DNA of 64,000 nt from Squalus acanthias. Taxonomy: Eukaryota. The notes beneath the pieces were generated by a model. That model saw only the letters and a list, made by a program, of their open reading frames with translations. It was not told where the DNA came from and did not search any database. Shown piece after piece: positions 23,372 through 36,364 of this stretch (positions are counted from its first letter, which is position 1; every line of letters starts with the position of its first letter). A program made the translations under genes and the position numbers. The DNA lies in NCBI GenBank assembly GCA_030390025.1, contig CM059432.1, positions 145,764,001 through 145,828,000 of the forward strand, in the 5' to 3' direction.

Positions 23372-25380
23372 TTTATTCGTTTCTGGGATGTGGGCGTCAC
23401 TGGCAAGGCCAGCATTTATTGCCCATCCCTAATTGCCCTCGAGAAGGTGGTGGTGAGCCGCCACCTTCAACCGCTGCAGTCTGTGTGGTGAAGGTACTCC
23501 CATAGTGCTGTTAGGGAGGGAGTTCCAGGATTTTGACCCAGCGACGATGAAGGAACAGCGATATATTTCCAAGTCAGGGTTGTGTGTGACTTGGAGATCT
23601 TGAAGGTGATGGTGTTCCCATGCGCCTGCTGCCCTTGTCCTAGGTGGTAGAGGTCGTGGGCTTGGGAGGTGCTGTCGAAGAAGCCTTGGCAAGTTTCTGC
23701 AGTGCATCTTGTAGATGGTACACACTGCAGCCATGGTGCGCTGGTGGTGGAGGGAGTGAATGTTTAAGGTGGTGGATGGGGTGCCAATCAAGCGAGCTGC
23801 TTTGTCCTGGATGGTGTCAAGCTCCTTGAGTGTTGTTGGAGCTGCACTCATCCAGGCAAGTGGAGAGTATTCCATCACACTCCTTACTTGTGCCTTGTAG
23901 ATGGTGGAAAGGCTTTGGGGAGTCAGGAGGTGAGACACTCGCCACAGAATACCCAGCCCTTGTAGCCACAGTATTTGTGTGGCTGGTCCAGTTCAGTTTC
24001 TGTTCAATTGCGACCCCCCAGGATGTTGATGTTGGGGGATTCGGCGATGGTAATGCTGTTGAATGTCAAGTGGCAATGGTTAGACGCTCTCTTGTTGGAG
24101 ATAGTCATTGTCTAGCACTTGTGTGGCGTGAATGTTACTTGCCACTTATCAGCCCAAGCCTGAATGTCGTCCAGGTCTTGCTGCATGCGGGCATAGACTG
24201 CTTCATCTGAGGAGTTACGAATGGAACTGAACACTGCAATCAGCAGCGAACATCCCCACTTCTGACCTTTATGATGGAGGGAAGGTCATTGATGAAGCAG
24301 CTGAAGATGGTTGGGCCTAGGACACTGCCCTGAGGAACTCCTGCAGCAATGAGCTAGAGCTGAGATGATTGGTCTCCAGCAACCACAACCATCTTCCTTT
24401 GTGCTAGGTATGACTCCAGCCAGTCTTTTCCCCTGATTCTCGTTGACTTTAATTTTACTAGGGCTCCTTGATGCCACACTCGGTCAAATGCTGTCTTGAA
24501 GTCGAGGGCAGTCACTCTTACCTCACCTCTGGAATTCAGCTCTTTAGCCCATGTTTGGACCAAGGTTGTAATGAGGTCAGGAGCCGAGTGGTCCTGGCGG
24601 AACCCAAACTGAGCATCTGTGAGCAGGTTATTGGTGAGTAAGTGACACTTGATGGCACTGACAACGACACTTTCCATCACGTTGCTGATGATTGAGAGTA
24701 GACTGATGGGGCACAAGTCTTTAGCATGACAGCCGGGATATTGTCTGGCCCCATAGCCTTTGCTTGTATCCAGTGCGCTCAGCCGTTTCTTGATATGTGG
24801 AGTGAATCGAATTGGCTGAAGACTGGCTTCTGTGATGGTGGGGACCTCAGGAGGAGGCCGATATGGATCATCTACTCGGTACTTCTGGCTGAAGATGGTT
24901 CAGAATGCTTCAGCCTTGTCTTTTGCACTCGTGTGCTGGGTTCCGCCATCATTGAGATGGAGATGTTCATGGAGCCTCCTCCTCCCGTCAGTTGCTTAAT
25001 GGTCCACCGCCATTCACGACTGGATGTGGCAGGACTGCAGAGCTTTAATCTGACCTGTTGGTTGTGGGATTGCTTAACTCTGTCTATAGCATGCTGCTTC
25101 CTTTGTAGTCATGCATGTAGTCCTGTGTTACAGCTTCCCCAGGTTGGCACCTAATTTTTAGGTACGCCTGGTGCTGCTCCTGGCATGTTCTTCTACATTC
25201 CTTATTGAACCAGTGTTGGTCGCCTGGCTTGATGTTAATGGTAGAGTGAGGGATATGCCGGGCTATGAGATACAGATTGTGGTGGAATACAATTCTGCTG
25301 CTGCTGATGGTCCACAGCGCCTCATGGTTGCCCAGTTTTGAGCTGCTAGATCTGTTCTGAATCTATCCCATTTAGCACTT
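23372..25380 (-). mobile_element. LINE-B (CR1-group) copy, longest uninterrupted one in the window
   Basis: HLLTPQSLSTIYKAQVRSVMEYSPLAW..LDTIQDKAARLI and QFGFRQDHSAPDL..LDFKTAFDRVWH. Confidence 0.9.
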
Positions 25381-25418
25381 TGTATTTTACATATTCTGCA
25401 GCTTTGTGTAGCTGACAT

Positions 25419-26149
25419 TGTCCTGGATTTTGCTCTCAGCGGCGAAGGAACGGCACATGCCATTCACCTCACTGACAGCTGCCCACAGACCTTTGCGGGC
25501 TTGTCAGCGGAGATTTCCTCTAATCTGGCGTCTTTTCCAGCATGGCGCCCTCTACAGGAGATCTATGCTGTGTGTGAGCTGGGCAAGCAACAACGAGGCT
25601 CTTCAACCAATCAGATTGAACATTCCTCACTGAGACACGCAGAGTCCAAACCAGGAAGTATAAAGCAGAACATATAAATTAGAGTTAAATCACGTACCGA
25701 AAGCGAATAAAGATTGGGAAAGACATGAGGGGAGAGAGAGAAAAGACACAGACAGAAAAAGATACAAAAAAAATGTATTTAAAATTTTTAAAAATCTCCC
25801 AACATTAATTTTCTTCTGAGGGAATGAGACTCCACACTTGTAAAACTAATTTTTCTGGGCCAGTGAGGTTGTTCAGTAATTATCACTTATCACGCCATTA
25901 AAAACTTATTCCTGAATGCACCAGCCCTAACTTTTTCAGCTGTTTTTAGTGCAGAACTAGTGGGCAAGTATAGCAAGTTCACGCCGTTGCAGTCATTTCA
26001 ATGCCGAGTCTTATTGGCGCAGACTGCAACGTCTGGCTTTCCGCGTTTAGCTGCTCATGTGCGTGCTCCAGAAGTTGATGTCAAAATTTCTCCATTATAA
26101 CGGAGAGCGCTGATAGCCTCACCATTATTCTCATCGCAATTTCTGGGCC
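25419..26149. mobile_element. Probable PIF/Harbinger-like non-autonomous element
   Basis: Imperfect TIRs gtcctggattttgc / gcaatttctgggcc; CpG-richer ends around an AT-rich middle. Confidence 0.5.
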
Positions 26150-28793
26150 ATTGTCTTTCAGACATTAGGACTGGGGTTGCTGGCTTTGTCGGTGTTTGCA
26201 TAGGGTTTCCCACAGAAAAGTTTGGAAACCACTGATACAGAATAGTGGTGGCATGGCAGACATGATCTGTTGGTGTGGAGCAAAGCTGTATAGATATTGA
26301 TACTATTGATGGGTGGGAGTGATTAGAATACAGATCTCATTTTTGCAGTTTATCGTATCATCTGAAGCAATTATTTTCTTTCAGTCAGTCCCACCCAGCC
26401 TTATATTCTCTGCTTCAGAATTATAGCATGTCCTGTGATTGGCATCACTTTGTTAGTGTAATTTCAGCACCTCTTTCACCTCTCATTGGCATGGTTTCTA
26501 TTTTGATACCGACATGTGCCATCTATATAATGTAAAAACGTTGCATCTATTGAGTGTAGCATCACACCTTACAAAGGAGATGCATCTGAAAGTGTGAGCA
26601 TTTACACCTCAAAGTGTCATGCCTCCAATCACGTCTGTAGGATACAATCTTGTGATTGGCTTAAATAACCGCTTACCCATCTAGTTACCAATCACATATC
26701 GGATGCCAAAATATGAGTGTATCAAAAAGTACCAATGATTGAATAACCAGAAGAAAACAAAGAGGTTAAATCCCTCGGTCACAAGCCAGCATGTACCACG
26801 AAACCAACCGACCAAATTGCTCCAATTAACTTTCCACATGGTTTTCAGCTGCTTCACTCAGGTCATTTTAAACACCTAGAAGTAACATTTAGAAAGAACT
26901 TGTATTTATAGTGTGCCTTTCACATCCTCGGCTTGTCCTGGATATTAAGGGATATCGATGAAATGGAGTTGAGGTACAGATCTAATTGAATGGCGGAACA
27001 GGCTCAAGGGCTGAATGCCCTCCTGTTTCCTAATTTCCTATGTTCCTAAATGTATTTTTAGGTTTCAGTTTCTGCACCAGCATTGCATGTTTTGGCTGGG
27101 GGGAAAAGGTGATGAAATGATACCATGTATAATGTGATGGCAACGTGTTTAAGAATGCAATACAATTTTAGCCCTCCTAATGTATTGGGCAATTATAGGT
27201 TTGATTTCCCCTTCTGTAATATGAAGACACTCACTGATTAATTATCTATGTGTTGAATTCTGCATGTCTAAAATTCCTAAAATTAATAAGCAATGTGACC
27301 ACAAATCCACTGCCTGTATTTGTCCAATTAAAGAATTGTAAGTTACAACTAGGGTAGGTTCATTTTAGGAAACATTGGTCGGCAAGTCATCAAATTTATG
27401 CAATGACACATGATCAAATATTTGCAGTAATTGCTTAGTTTTCTGAATAAGAATTTAAGCTGATAAAGGTTTGGATTTTACATCAGTACCTTGACAGGCA
27501 TAAAATGAAGCTGTTCAAACCACTGGAATTCAAAACAATTGCTTCTTACTCATCTATTTAACAATTTGCTCTAATTACTGTGATAAGAATTTAAATTAAA
27601 TGATTGCAATAGGAAAAATTCTGTAACAATTAGAGTAGTTTTTGAACATGGGCAAGTTGTAATCAAATGACCACGGCAGAAAAAACGTGCCTCTTTAAAA
27701 TGAGTCTACCTAATTCCAAGTTATACTTCAGATGCAGCTAGACGTGTACTATGTACCTGCAAGTCCTATACAGCACCAGTTATGTAGTTATTTTTCTCTC
27801 CAAGCTGTTTGTACACCGGAGTGCCTGTGATGTCACGGTGCCTTTTGGAAACAGCTGCTGGATTTTATCTGCCAACATTTAATTTTTTGTTAATTTCTTA
27901 CAATTTCCACCTATTGCTTTAAGTTTAAACAATATTTTGCAATATATTTTTCAAGCGTATAAATGATTTGAAGGATACCATAAAAAGCCTTCTGTTTCAG
28001 CCGTGGCCATCGCATTGCAAGCCCCTCGGCAAGCTGGTTCTGCCATTCTTGGAAAGCCTTTCAGTGCCCAATACAAAATGGCAACAACATCTCTTGGAGA
28101 TTGTATTCCTGTTGAACAACAACTCTCTGCATTTTAAGTGGCAGATCCATTCAGTATTTCTCACTTTTACAGATTTTATGTTCCAGGAAGTTTGTTCACT
28201 TAAAATGTGAGTAATGCATTGTATTTATAAACAGAGTCGCTGTGAACAAGAAACACGAGACTTTTTTTTATGGTAATGCTGCTTGTAAACAAATTCCATA
28301 TTTTGAAATATTGAGTCAAATATTCCAAGTCTATGTATAATTTGCATAATGTATAAACTTTAGAGCTGATTTGTTTGAAGATTAACTGACCAAGGTGTAT
28401 ACTGAGCTATATAATCCGTCTCTAATCTTGTTTTCTTTTTATTCTAGGCACTGATACTGTCTAGCACCGGGATCACTTGTGTGCCCACAACATCTATGCT
28501 ACCTCAAAGTTAGTCATGTACTGTGACGCAATTTGTCTCAACGGAAATGCTGCAACTCGCCACAAAGATCATCTGGAGTACAGAATTTGATATGATTGTA
28601 TGAAATGACCCAGGCCTATTTCAAAGTCTGGAATATTCTACTGTCACAAGTCTATCAGGATCGATTTACAGCTTCCAACAGTAATATATAAAATCAGTGC
28701 TCATCACTTCTTTTAACAGAAGTAACAGTTTTCGAGCTGTGTTGCAGAGCTTTCATCAAATTGGGTGGAGGTTCTAATTGATGGAATGCAATC

Positions 28794-28963
28794 ATGTCCA
28801 ATAAGGAAGAGAGGCAGATCAATACTGAATATGCTGTATCTTTGTTGGAGCAGCTTAAATGTTTCTATGACCAGCAGCTGCTGACTGACATTGTTTTAAT
28901 CGCAGAGAGCACTGAATTCCCGTGCCATAAGATGGTTCTTGCTACATGTAGCTCCTATTTCAG
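28794..28963 (+). CDS. KBTBD2: Kelch repeat and BTB domain-containing protein 2, first coding exon (BTB N-terminus)
   Basis: ATG at 28794 translates [56 protein letters not shown](R), near-identical to the vertebrate KBTBD2 N-terminus. Donor AG|gtaaat after 28963 (phase 2). The exon probably starts at 28448 (ttttctttttattctag|gca). Confidence 0.96.
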
Positions 28964-30977
28964 GTAAATTGCGGTGTTTGTATTTTCTCACCATCTAGTG
29001 TTTCTTTTTAAGAAATTAATTGATTAATGGAGCATTTTATCCAATTTCAAGCTAATTTTGAATTGATGTATGCATTTTATTTTAAAATAACTATCAGACT
29101 CTCACTTTATGCAATGTTTCTGATCTTTAGCTTCTGAACACTTCGAGCACTAAAAATGTGAAATACTCCTTTTTGTAAAAAAGCATCCTGTATTAATTTG
29201 AATTGCTGTGAACTGTCAATTGGTTTTAAACAGAAACCTGACTAGAAATAGCTGCTTGATAATTTTTTATTCAGGTTTTAAAATTAAATTTGCATCTGAA
29301 CCATGGTGACCATTGCTTGATGGTCCAGGTATACAAGTCTCTTAGATTGCAGAAACAAGAATTGACATGGGGATATATCATGTAAGTTTGAAGCACCACA
29401 AGGAGAATAGTGTATGTCTTTTGAAAGCAAGAAAAATGAAAATGTCATCAGTGATGAAATTGGCACTTTCAAACTCTATTGCTTGGCACTGATACTCAGG
29501 GTTGAAGGAACTCCGCTCCATTGAACACTTGCAATCAGCACAATTGAACCACTCATTAATTCAAATTCCTTTTGGAAATTAATGGACCATTTCATCTCCC
29601 TTCCATCCCCTCTTCCCACAATCTCGGGGCACGGCACCAAGATGCTGTTCTCTTTGAGTTTGCTGCTATATTGAGCATATAAGTTTCTTCCCTGTGATTC
29701 TGTATAAGGCTTCATTCTGGAAATTCGAAAAAGGTTCTCTTTTTTCCCTTCTGCAGCAGCTGTTAGCTTACTTGGAAAACATTGTGGTAAACATTTTAGG
29801 TACATTTGCAAATTAGTTTATGCTATGTTATCATCTTACACTTCGAAATATTGATCCCAAATATTTAGAACTACATTTGAAAAGTTCCTTTGAAATTCTT
29901 TAATGTAAACTTCTGGCTCTGAGCTCATTTTTGCATTTTTATTTGTTATTTGCTTTTGCATTTAAAATGGGCCGCTAACGCTAGTGCCTCACAGATTCAT
30001 TGCAGGTGCATTATCCTCAGCCTGGGCTTAGTTTGCCAAGGATCCATACCAGTGACCGACACCCTGATGTTCTGTGACATCAGTAGGTAATTTTTAGTCT
30101 GTTCGTGTAAAGTATTGGACCATGTACATTTGATTTGCTGGAAGGAGATCTTTAGGATAATGTGGATTAATTCAATTCCAGCTTAGGCCTGTTCCCAGAT
30201 CAATCCTAGGCACACCATGGTCGTTCTAATACTTTTTTTTCCTAGTTTTACTACCACTGAACCTGAATGGCCAAGGGAGATGTACTGATTGTAGTTTCTG
30301 TCTCTGTCTCTCGTTTACTGAACTATGTCTACTAGTTGGGATTTGTTACTCTTGGCATTTTAACTGGTTCAAGCGCCAAGCAATCTAGCTGGCACTGTTC
30401 TTCAGAGGATGTCTCCAACAAATTTGGTTAGGGTCTGGAAGAAAATGTCATGTACAGTGTACATAAACAAGGAGGACCTGGTCTGGTGTCCTTAGCCTCA
30501 GTGTTGTATGAACCTGGCATTGGTGTCATTATAACCCCTGCCCCGGATTCAGAACGTCTCAACTGCTGTAAGCAGAGGTGAAGTTCAAAATGGAGATGAC
30601 TCATTCACAGCAATCAGATACCCTTATGTGTATCCTGGCAACCCAACAGAAGTTAGGTTATTGGGATTTGGTGGCTTTAATCAGGAAAGCTGAATTGAAG
30701 TTGTTGATTGCTTGTCACTTTGCTGGAACAAAAGATTTGCCTATGCCCTTGCTCTGTTCCTTGCATACCATATCTACCAGGCAGAGTGATTTTGGCTAAG
30801 ATAATAAGTTATTTTGACCATTTCACTAACCCATCAGATCTATAAACTGGATCTACCAATTTTGCCAGATGTGGCACAATGCTTACTCGAGGCTCCAATT
30901 CTTGGCATAGCACAAAGAGAGGGCAAGCTTGATTAAACTGTGTTTTATACTCTGTGGTTGAAACATTCGTAGTTTCT

Positions 30978-31255
30978 GGTGTCAGCCTTGGCTCAGGTAG
31001 AGCTCCCGCCTTGAGTCAGATGGCCGTAGACTCGAGGTCCATTCCAAGACTTGAGCACATAATCCAGGCTGATACTTTAATGTAGTACTGAGGGAGTGCT
31101 GCTCTGTTGGTGTCTTTCAGATGAGATATCAAAATGAGGCCCCAAAAGATCCCGTGGCACTATGCATTCTACATTACAACGCTGACTGCATTTCAAAAAT
31201 ACTTCATTGACTGTGAAGCGCTTTGGGATGTCCTAGGGTTGTAAAAGGCTTTCCT
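30978..31255 (+). mobile_element. Internally deleted Deu-SINE
   Basis: gtgtcagccttggctcag head, aaaagatcccgtggcactat core remnant, tail. Confidence 0.75.
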
Positions 31256-32849
31256 TCCTTCGGAAAACTTAAACCTTGGGGAAGCTTGCAATACCAAGCC
31301 GAAGATCCCAACTATAAACCACTGGAATGCAACATTCTAAACGCGTGCACATTTAGGAGACCGTCTCAGCAATATATGCTTACCATCACCATTGATGGAA
31401 AATCTAATTGTTGCCCAGATTCTCTCTCTCGCTCACTCAGTCATTCCTTGAATTTAAATTTGCATCTGAGCAAACTGATATTTAGACCATTTAAAACCAT
31501 TGGTTTGTTCGATATTGAGTGTCTTTCAGTAAATACCTGGTAGTTAGCCCTTACTCTGGCATGGAGTGTTTGTGATCTCCATGCATTGGCAGGAACATTG
31601 TATCTTACTAACCCATGGATAAAGCACCTTGCAGTGTAGTCATAGCACGGGTGACAATGACTTCAGCAATGCTACATGACATGGTGATTGGAACATACAG
31701 GTCTTCAAAGGTTCACTGCCAATGCCTGTACTATTTGGTTTCTTAGATTTATACTAGGGATGAGGAAGAAAGATGGAATGCTTACCATTGAGACTGCTTA
31801 CAAAGCTGCAAAACCACCTCCCCCTCAGTGCTCTCTCACTTTGCTTGGAGCAGTTATTTTTTTGTTTATATTGCATTTTAAGCATTCCTTAAAGAGACAT
31901 GTCCCTTGGTTACATTGTTCTGAATTAATTGTATGGAAGTTTATCTTCTTTCGAAGAATAACCATATCTACAATTGCTAATTTGACATTGCCTTTTGTTG
32001 GTATGGTCGTCCTTATGCATATAGTTAAACTGTGAAACCAGACCTTTACTGCATGCACTTCAGTTCTGCTGCTGACCTGGTCTGATTGGAGCTTTCTGTG
32101 GAGAAAAAGCCACTCTGATTATTAAAGTAACTTGGGAATTCAGGACTTGGAAGTCTGATCTAGTTTGTCAAATCATAAAATCTGAACTGTCTTGATTCTT
32201 GCAGGCTTTATTTGTCAACAGAAACTCTTCCTGTTTTGACAAGTCTTGCTAGTCCATACTTTCAATTTCCTGCACAATCTTCTTTCAGTCAAAAAGACTC
32301 TCTTTCTAGGACCTGTTGGCAATTGAAGGATTACTTCTATACTACCCACCGATTCTTTGATGAGCAAAAACATCTATTTAACTATGAGCATCTAACGGGC
32401 TAAAGAATCCATTTTAAGGACTTTTGGAAAGCACTACATGCAAAATGGATGTACTTAAATTGATTTTTCTGAGTTGTAATTTAAAAATTATATGGCAAGT
32501 TTAAAGACATCTTGCTTCTGAAATTTGGTGCCAAAATAAGAGCTTGTGCATATGCAGGGGGCTGGTAGGGTGGTTAACCGAATGATAACTTAAAGCTGCT
32601 CTCTTTCACAATCTGTTTCCAATTTTTAGAATCATTAGAGCAGGTTTGTGTTCTGAGCTTTACAGCTAGGCTTGGATTAATCAAACAAGTATTCCTAATT
32701 ATCTTGGTTTCTATGAGAACATTTTAATAAACATTTGTAATTAGCCTTAATCATTCTAACCTGGGATATAAATATTTTAACCTAAACCTGTAACTTAACG
32801 TAAATTCAGGTGTTACCGAGCAGTTTGTGTGAGGACAACTAGATTCTAA

Positions 32850-33732
32850 GGGGGAAAAATTCAGTTGGTTGCGCCTCCCGTTAGCGCCTTAAGAGGGCGC
32901 TAATGGGGCGCAAAGCATCTAGCGCCCAGGCGCGGCGAAGTTTGCGCCGCTCGCGAAATTAACTAGACATTTTGCGACGGCGCTAAACACTACTGCCACG
33001 ATCTCCTGCGCCGGCAGATCGTGACGTCAGTCGAGTGCGCAACGCCCCGGAGCGGATATTGAGTGGCGCCCCCTGCCTTACCGCCTGACGCTAGCAACGA
33101 CAGTTTGAGTGGAGCGTTCTGCAGTCATGAAGGGAAAGGGGAGCGCTATTTAAAGGTGACCGCTTCCTGCCTTTTATTGTTGGTGCCATTTTTGAACTAC
33201 GCATTCTGTGAGAGAGAGAGAGAGAGACTTCTGGAGAGTTTCAACGTTGTGTGAAGGAGTTTTGGGTACTGAGCAGCACTTTGCAGGTTCATTTTGATTT
33301 GCTATTCCTTGTATCGATTTAGAAGAGACTGTGGGGGCTGCACTCTGAGCTCTTTGCCTGGTACTCTCCATTGTTCTTTCCAGCAGATTTGATGTGCAGG
33401 TCTCTCCAGGCCGAGATTCAAGGCTGCAATGAGCAGGATGTGGATGGAAAGCAAGATTAACCATCCCCTTTAAGAACTGGCCCGTGCCATTGTGTGTGTG
33501 TTCCATTGCTGACTGACATTACATGAGCTTCGCCAGCGCTCTGAGGTAGCGCCTCGCTCCTCGGCCTTTGCGCCTTAAGACAGGTGTGAAGCGCCTGATT
33601 TAGCGCTCCAATCACCTCCAGGGTCGATAAAAGTCACGTTTGCAATCGGTGGTGATAATTAGAGCCAGGCGCTAATCTTTGCGCCCGGCCGATAATTGCG
33701 CCCCAAATGGGGCGATACTGAATTTCTCCCCC
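32850..33732. mobile_element. PIF/Harbinger non-autonomous element (883 bp), young
   Basis: TIRs GGGGGAAAAATTCAGT / ACTGAATTTCTCCCCC (15/16 match), TAA TSD at 32847-32849 and 33733-33735, CpG-rich subterminal regions. Confidence 0.88.
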
Positions 33733-33997
33733 TAAGAGTCTTTGTCAGGTTTGTCACGCCACACACTTTGGAAATACTAAATTCCTGGGGAAGGGGATTA
33801 CAAGACCAAAGCTTAAAATTGTCTAATGGTATTTAAAATTCCAAACAATCCCCAAGAATATGTGTTTACCAGATGTCATGAGATTTTTAAATGACTCATT
33901 TTCTAAATATGTAAACAGCTCAGTGTGTAACATGGTGATCATTTTTTCAATTTGCAGTAAACCGTTCAATGTCTGAGGCCGCCACCCCTTCCCTATT

Positions 33998-34332
33998 CCT
34001 GGGTGGCTCAGTTGGTAAAGCAGTGTGTAACTGGGCTATACGGACGTCCTGCTTCTATTCTCAATCTGTGCTGAATTAGATAATCTGTCAGTGTAGCTAC
34101 AATTGTTGTCAGTGCTCCAGACCGAAGACAGGGAAAACTGTCGGATTCCCTTTTTTTTAAAATCACTATTGGTTACTGGAAAGTGCATGCTATGAGGTCC
34201 TGTAATGATTTCCTCTTGTGACCGAGTACCCTGCTGATGCTCACTTGGGTGAGGTATCAGAGGGTACCCATGGAACTATACCCCATACCTCAACAGCACT
34301 CGGTGCCTTCGGGAGAGGAAGGGAGAAAATTT
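33998..34332 (+). mobile_element. tRNA-derived SINE of unassigned family (related decayed copy at ~60490-60760)
   Basis: A-box ggtggctcagttggtaaag; shares gctacaattg..agggaaaa blocks with the 60.5-60.7 kb region. Confidence 0.5.
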
Positions 34333-34761
34333 GGAGGGGAGTTTGGACATCTAGCTATATTATTAAACCAAGCAAGCTTAAACATTAGTAGCAAATACCA
34401 TTGCACGCAGTATATATTCATATCCATTTATTTAAGTTCTGTACTAGTGTGCAAAATCCAAACTAGTATTTACTGGGATTTATTTCAATTGAGAAAATGA
34501 GCCGATGATCTAAAGCCAAAAGTGTCGGATGCTGCCATGATTGAAGAGAGTAAGAGAGAAACTATGGTAAATCGGGAAGTAGTCATCCAGTGACAACAAG
34601 CTTATATTATATATTTTAAATGGATGAAGGAAAAACTGAGGATGGGGACATTTTTGAATTATTACAAAAGAATACAAGTTGCAAAAAGAAATTGTATATA
34701 CTGTTGGCTCAATAATCTCATGTTGCTTAAAGGTAGTGACTTCTGTTGGATCTTTCTTCAG

Positions 34762-34927
34762 GGCCATGTTTATGAGTGGACTGAGTGAAAGCAAGCAGAC
34801 ACATGTTCATTTGCAGAATGTGGATGCCCCCACGCTTCAGATAATCATTAGATATGCATACACGGGTAACCTGGCAATAAACGACAGCACTGTGGAACAG
34901 CTCTATGAGACATCATCTTTTCTGCAG
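34762..34927 (+). CDS. KBTBD2: KBTBD2 second coding exon (BTB domain)
   Basis: Acceptor tctttcttcag|G, translation (R)[55 protein letters not shown], donor CAG|gtaaga. 170+166 nt = 112 codons, so frame is consistent. Confidence 0.96.
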
Positions 34928-35103
34928 GTAAGAATAATATTTGATTAACTAAAGCTAGTTTCTCCAAGTTTGTACTCTAAAGCATGTGCTAAAAAGAATC
35001 CAACTGCCTCTTTTTGGGGGCAGAGCTTGTACAAAAGTTTATTTAATTCTAAAAAGCGGTTAGATACTAGAAGGAGCGTCGGGAATAATGTGGCCATATA
35101 ATT

Positions 35104-35233
35104 GTGATGCGGAGATGCCGGTGTTGGACTGGGGTGGACAAAATTGAGAGGTCGCACAACACCAGGTTATAGTCCAACAGTTTTATTTGAAATCACAAGC
35201 TTTCGGAGCTATCGCTCCTTCCTCAGGTGAAGT
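35104..35233 (-). mobile_element. Penelope-like terminal repeat (second PLE family)
   Basis: Same family as 923-1037; carries a hammerhead core. Confidence 0.7.
35193..35230 (-). ncRNA. Minimal type I hammerhead ribozyme motif
   Basis: Minus strand UCAC-CUGAGGA-A-GGAGC-GAUA-GCUCC-GAAA-GC-UU-GUGA: perfect 5-bp stem II, palindromic AGCU stem III, stem I UCAC/GUGA. Confidence 0.72.
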
Positions 35234-35828
35234 AAATTGGATACAGAATCGCCAGAGCATATATAGATGGAAAAAAAAGCATGTGTACTTTACAATTGCA
35301 GACCAATAAATTAAATCATCCTGACTATCTGCTGAGGTGTGATAAAGTTAATTAAGTCAGCCAGGAAGGTACCACATCAAAAGACATAGCAAGATACAAC
35401 TGAGACAATGAGGTGTAGTCGCAGGGGTTCCAACGTGTCAAAAGCTGCCGTCTGTATGTAAAACGAAAAGCTTTAAAAAAAATTTACTTTTTTACTGGGA
35501 AAATTTTTACTTTTTTACTGGGAATCACATCTGTGAACAAGCTAACGACGACTCGAGTCCGGATCACGTCATGTATCGTGACATAAACCCAAGATCCCGA
35601 TTGATATAATTGGTCAGGTATATTCCTAACCTGGCCCGACTGGTACTAATCAGTGCTTAAACTTTAAAAAGCATTGTGCACTACCATTCAACACAGGTAA
35701 AGTCTGGTATAAAATGTGCACGTCACACCTTGATGGTGGGCATACTTGATGCAGCATGCTCGTTCATGCTAATAACACTTTGTTTAGCAGTCTGACATAA
35801 AAGTTGCAGGTGCAACTCAGGCACGACC

Positions 35829-36268
35829 TTTTTTATTCATTCACCGGATGTGGGCGTCTGCTGGGCAAGGCCAGTATTTATTGCCCATCCCTAATGGCCC
35901 TTGGTGGTGAGCCGCCACCTTGAACCACTGCAGTCTTATTGTACTTTATTGTAGCAGTATAACGGAGTGTCTTGCTAGGCCATTTGAGGGGGCAGTTGAG
36001 AGTCAACCACATTGCTGTCACATATAGGCCAGACCGGGTAAGAATGGCAGATTTACTTCCCTAAAGGACATTAATGAACCAGATGGGTTTTCACGACAAT
36101 CATGGTCACCATTGCTGATTCCAGATTTACTTAATTACATTATTTCAGATTTATTTAATTAACTGCATTTCTGTTCCCCATGGTGGGATTTGAACTCCAC
36201 CTCCGGATTATTAGTCCAGGCCTCTGGTTTACTAGTCCAGTAACATAACCACAATGCTACCGTTCCCA
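35829..36268 (-). mobile_element. tRNA-derived SINE (Meta-domain/SlmI-like) with LINE-B-derived 3' tail
   Basis: Minus head gggaacggtagcattgtggttatgttact..gagttcaaatccc, central aaaacccatctggttcattaatgtcctttagggaag, tail matching the LINE-B 3' end. Confidence 0.7.
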
Positions 36269-36364
36269 GGTATTATTTGTTTTGGTCTGTAGAGTCCTCC
36301 ATTGTGAATAATTTGCCAAAGTGGTAGGACTCTGTCAGAGCTGGGGGAAAGGAAGAATGTAAGG

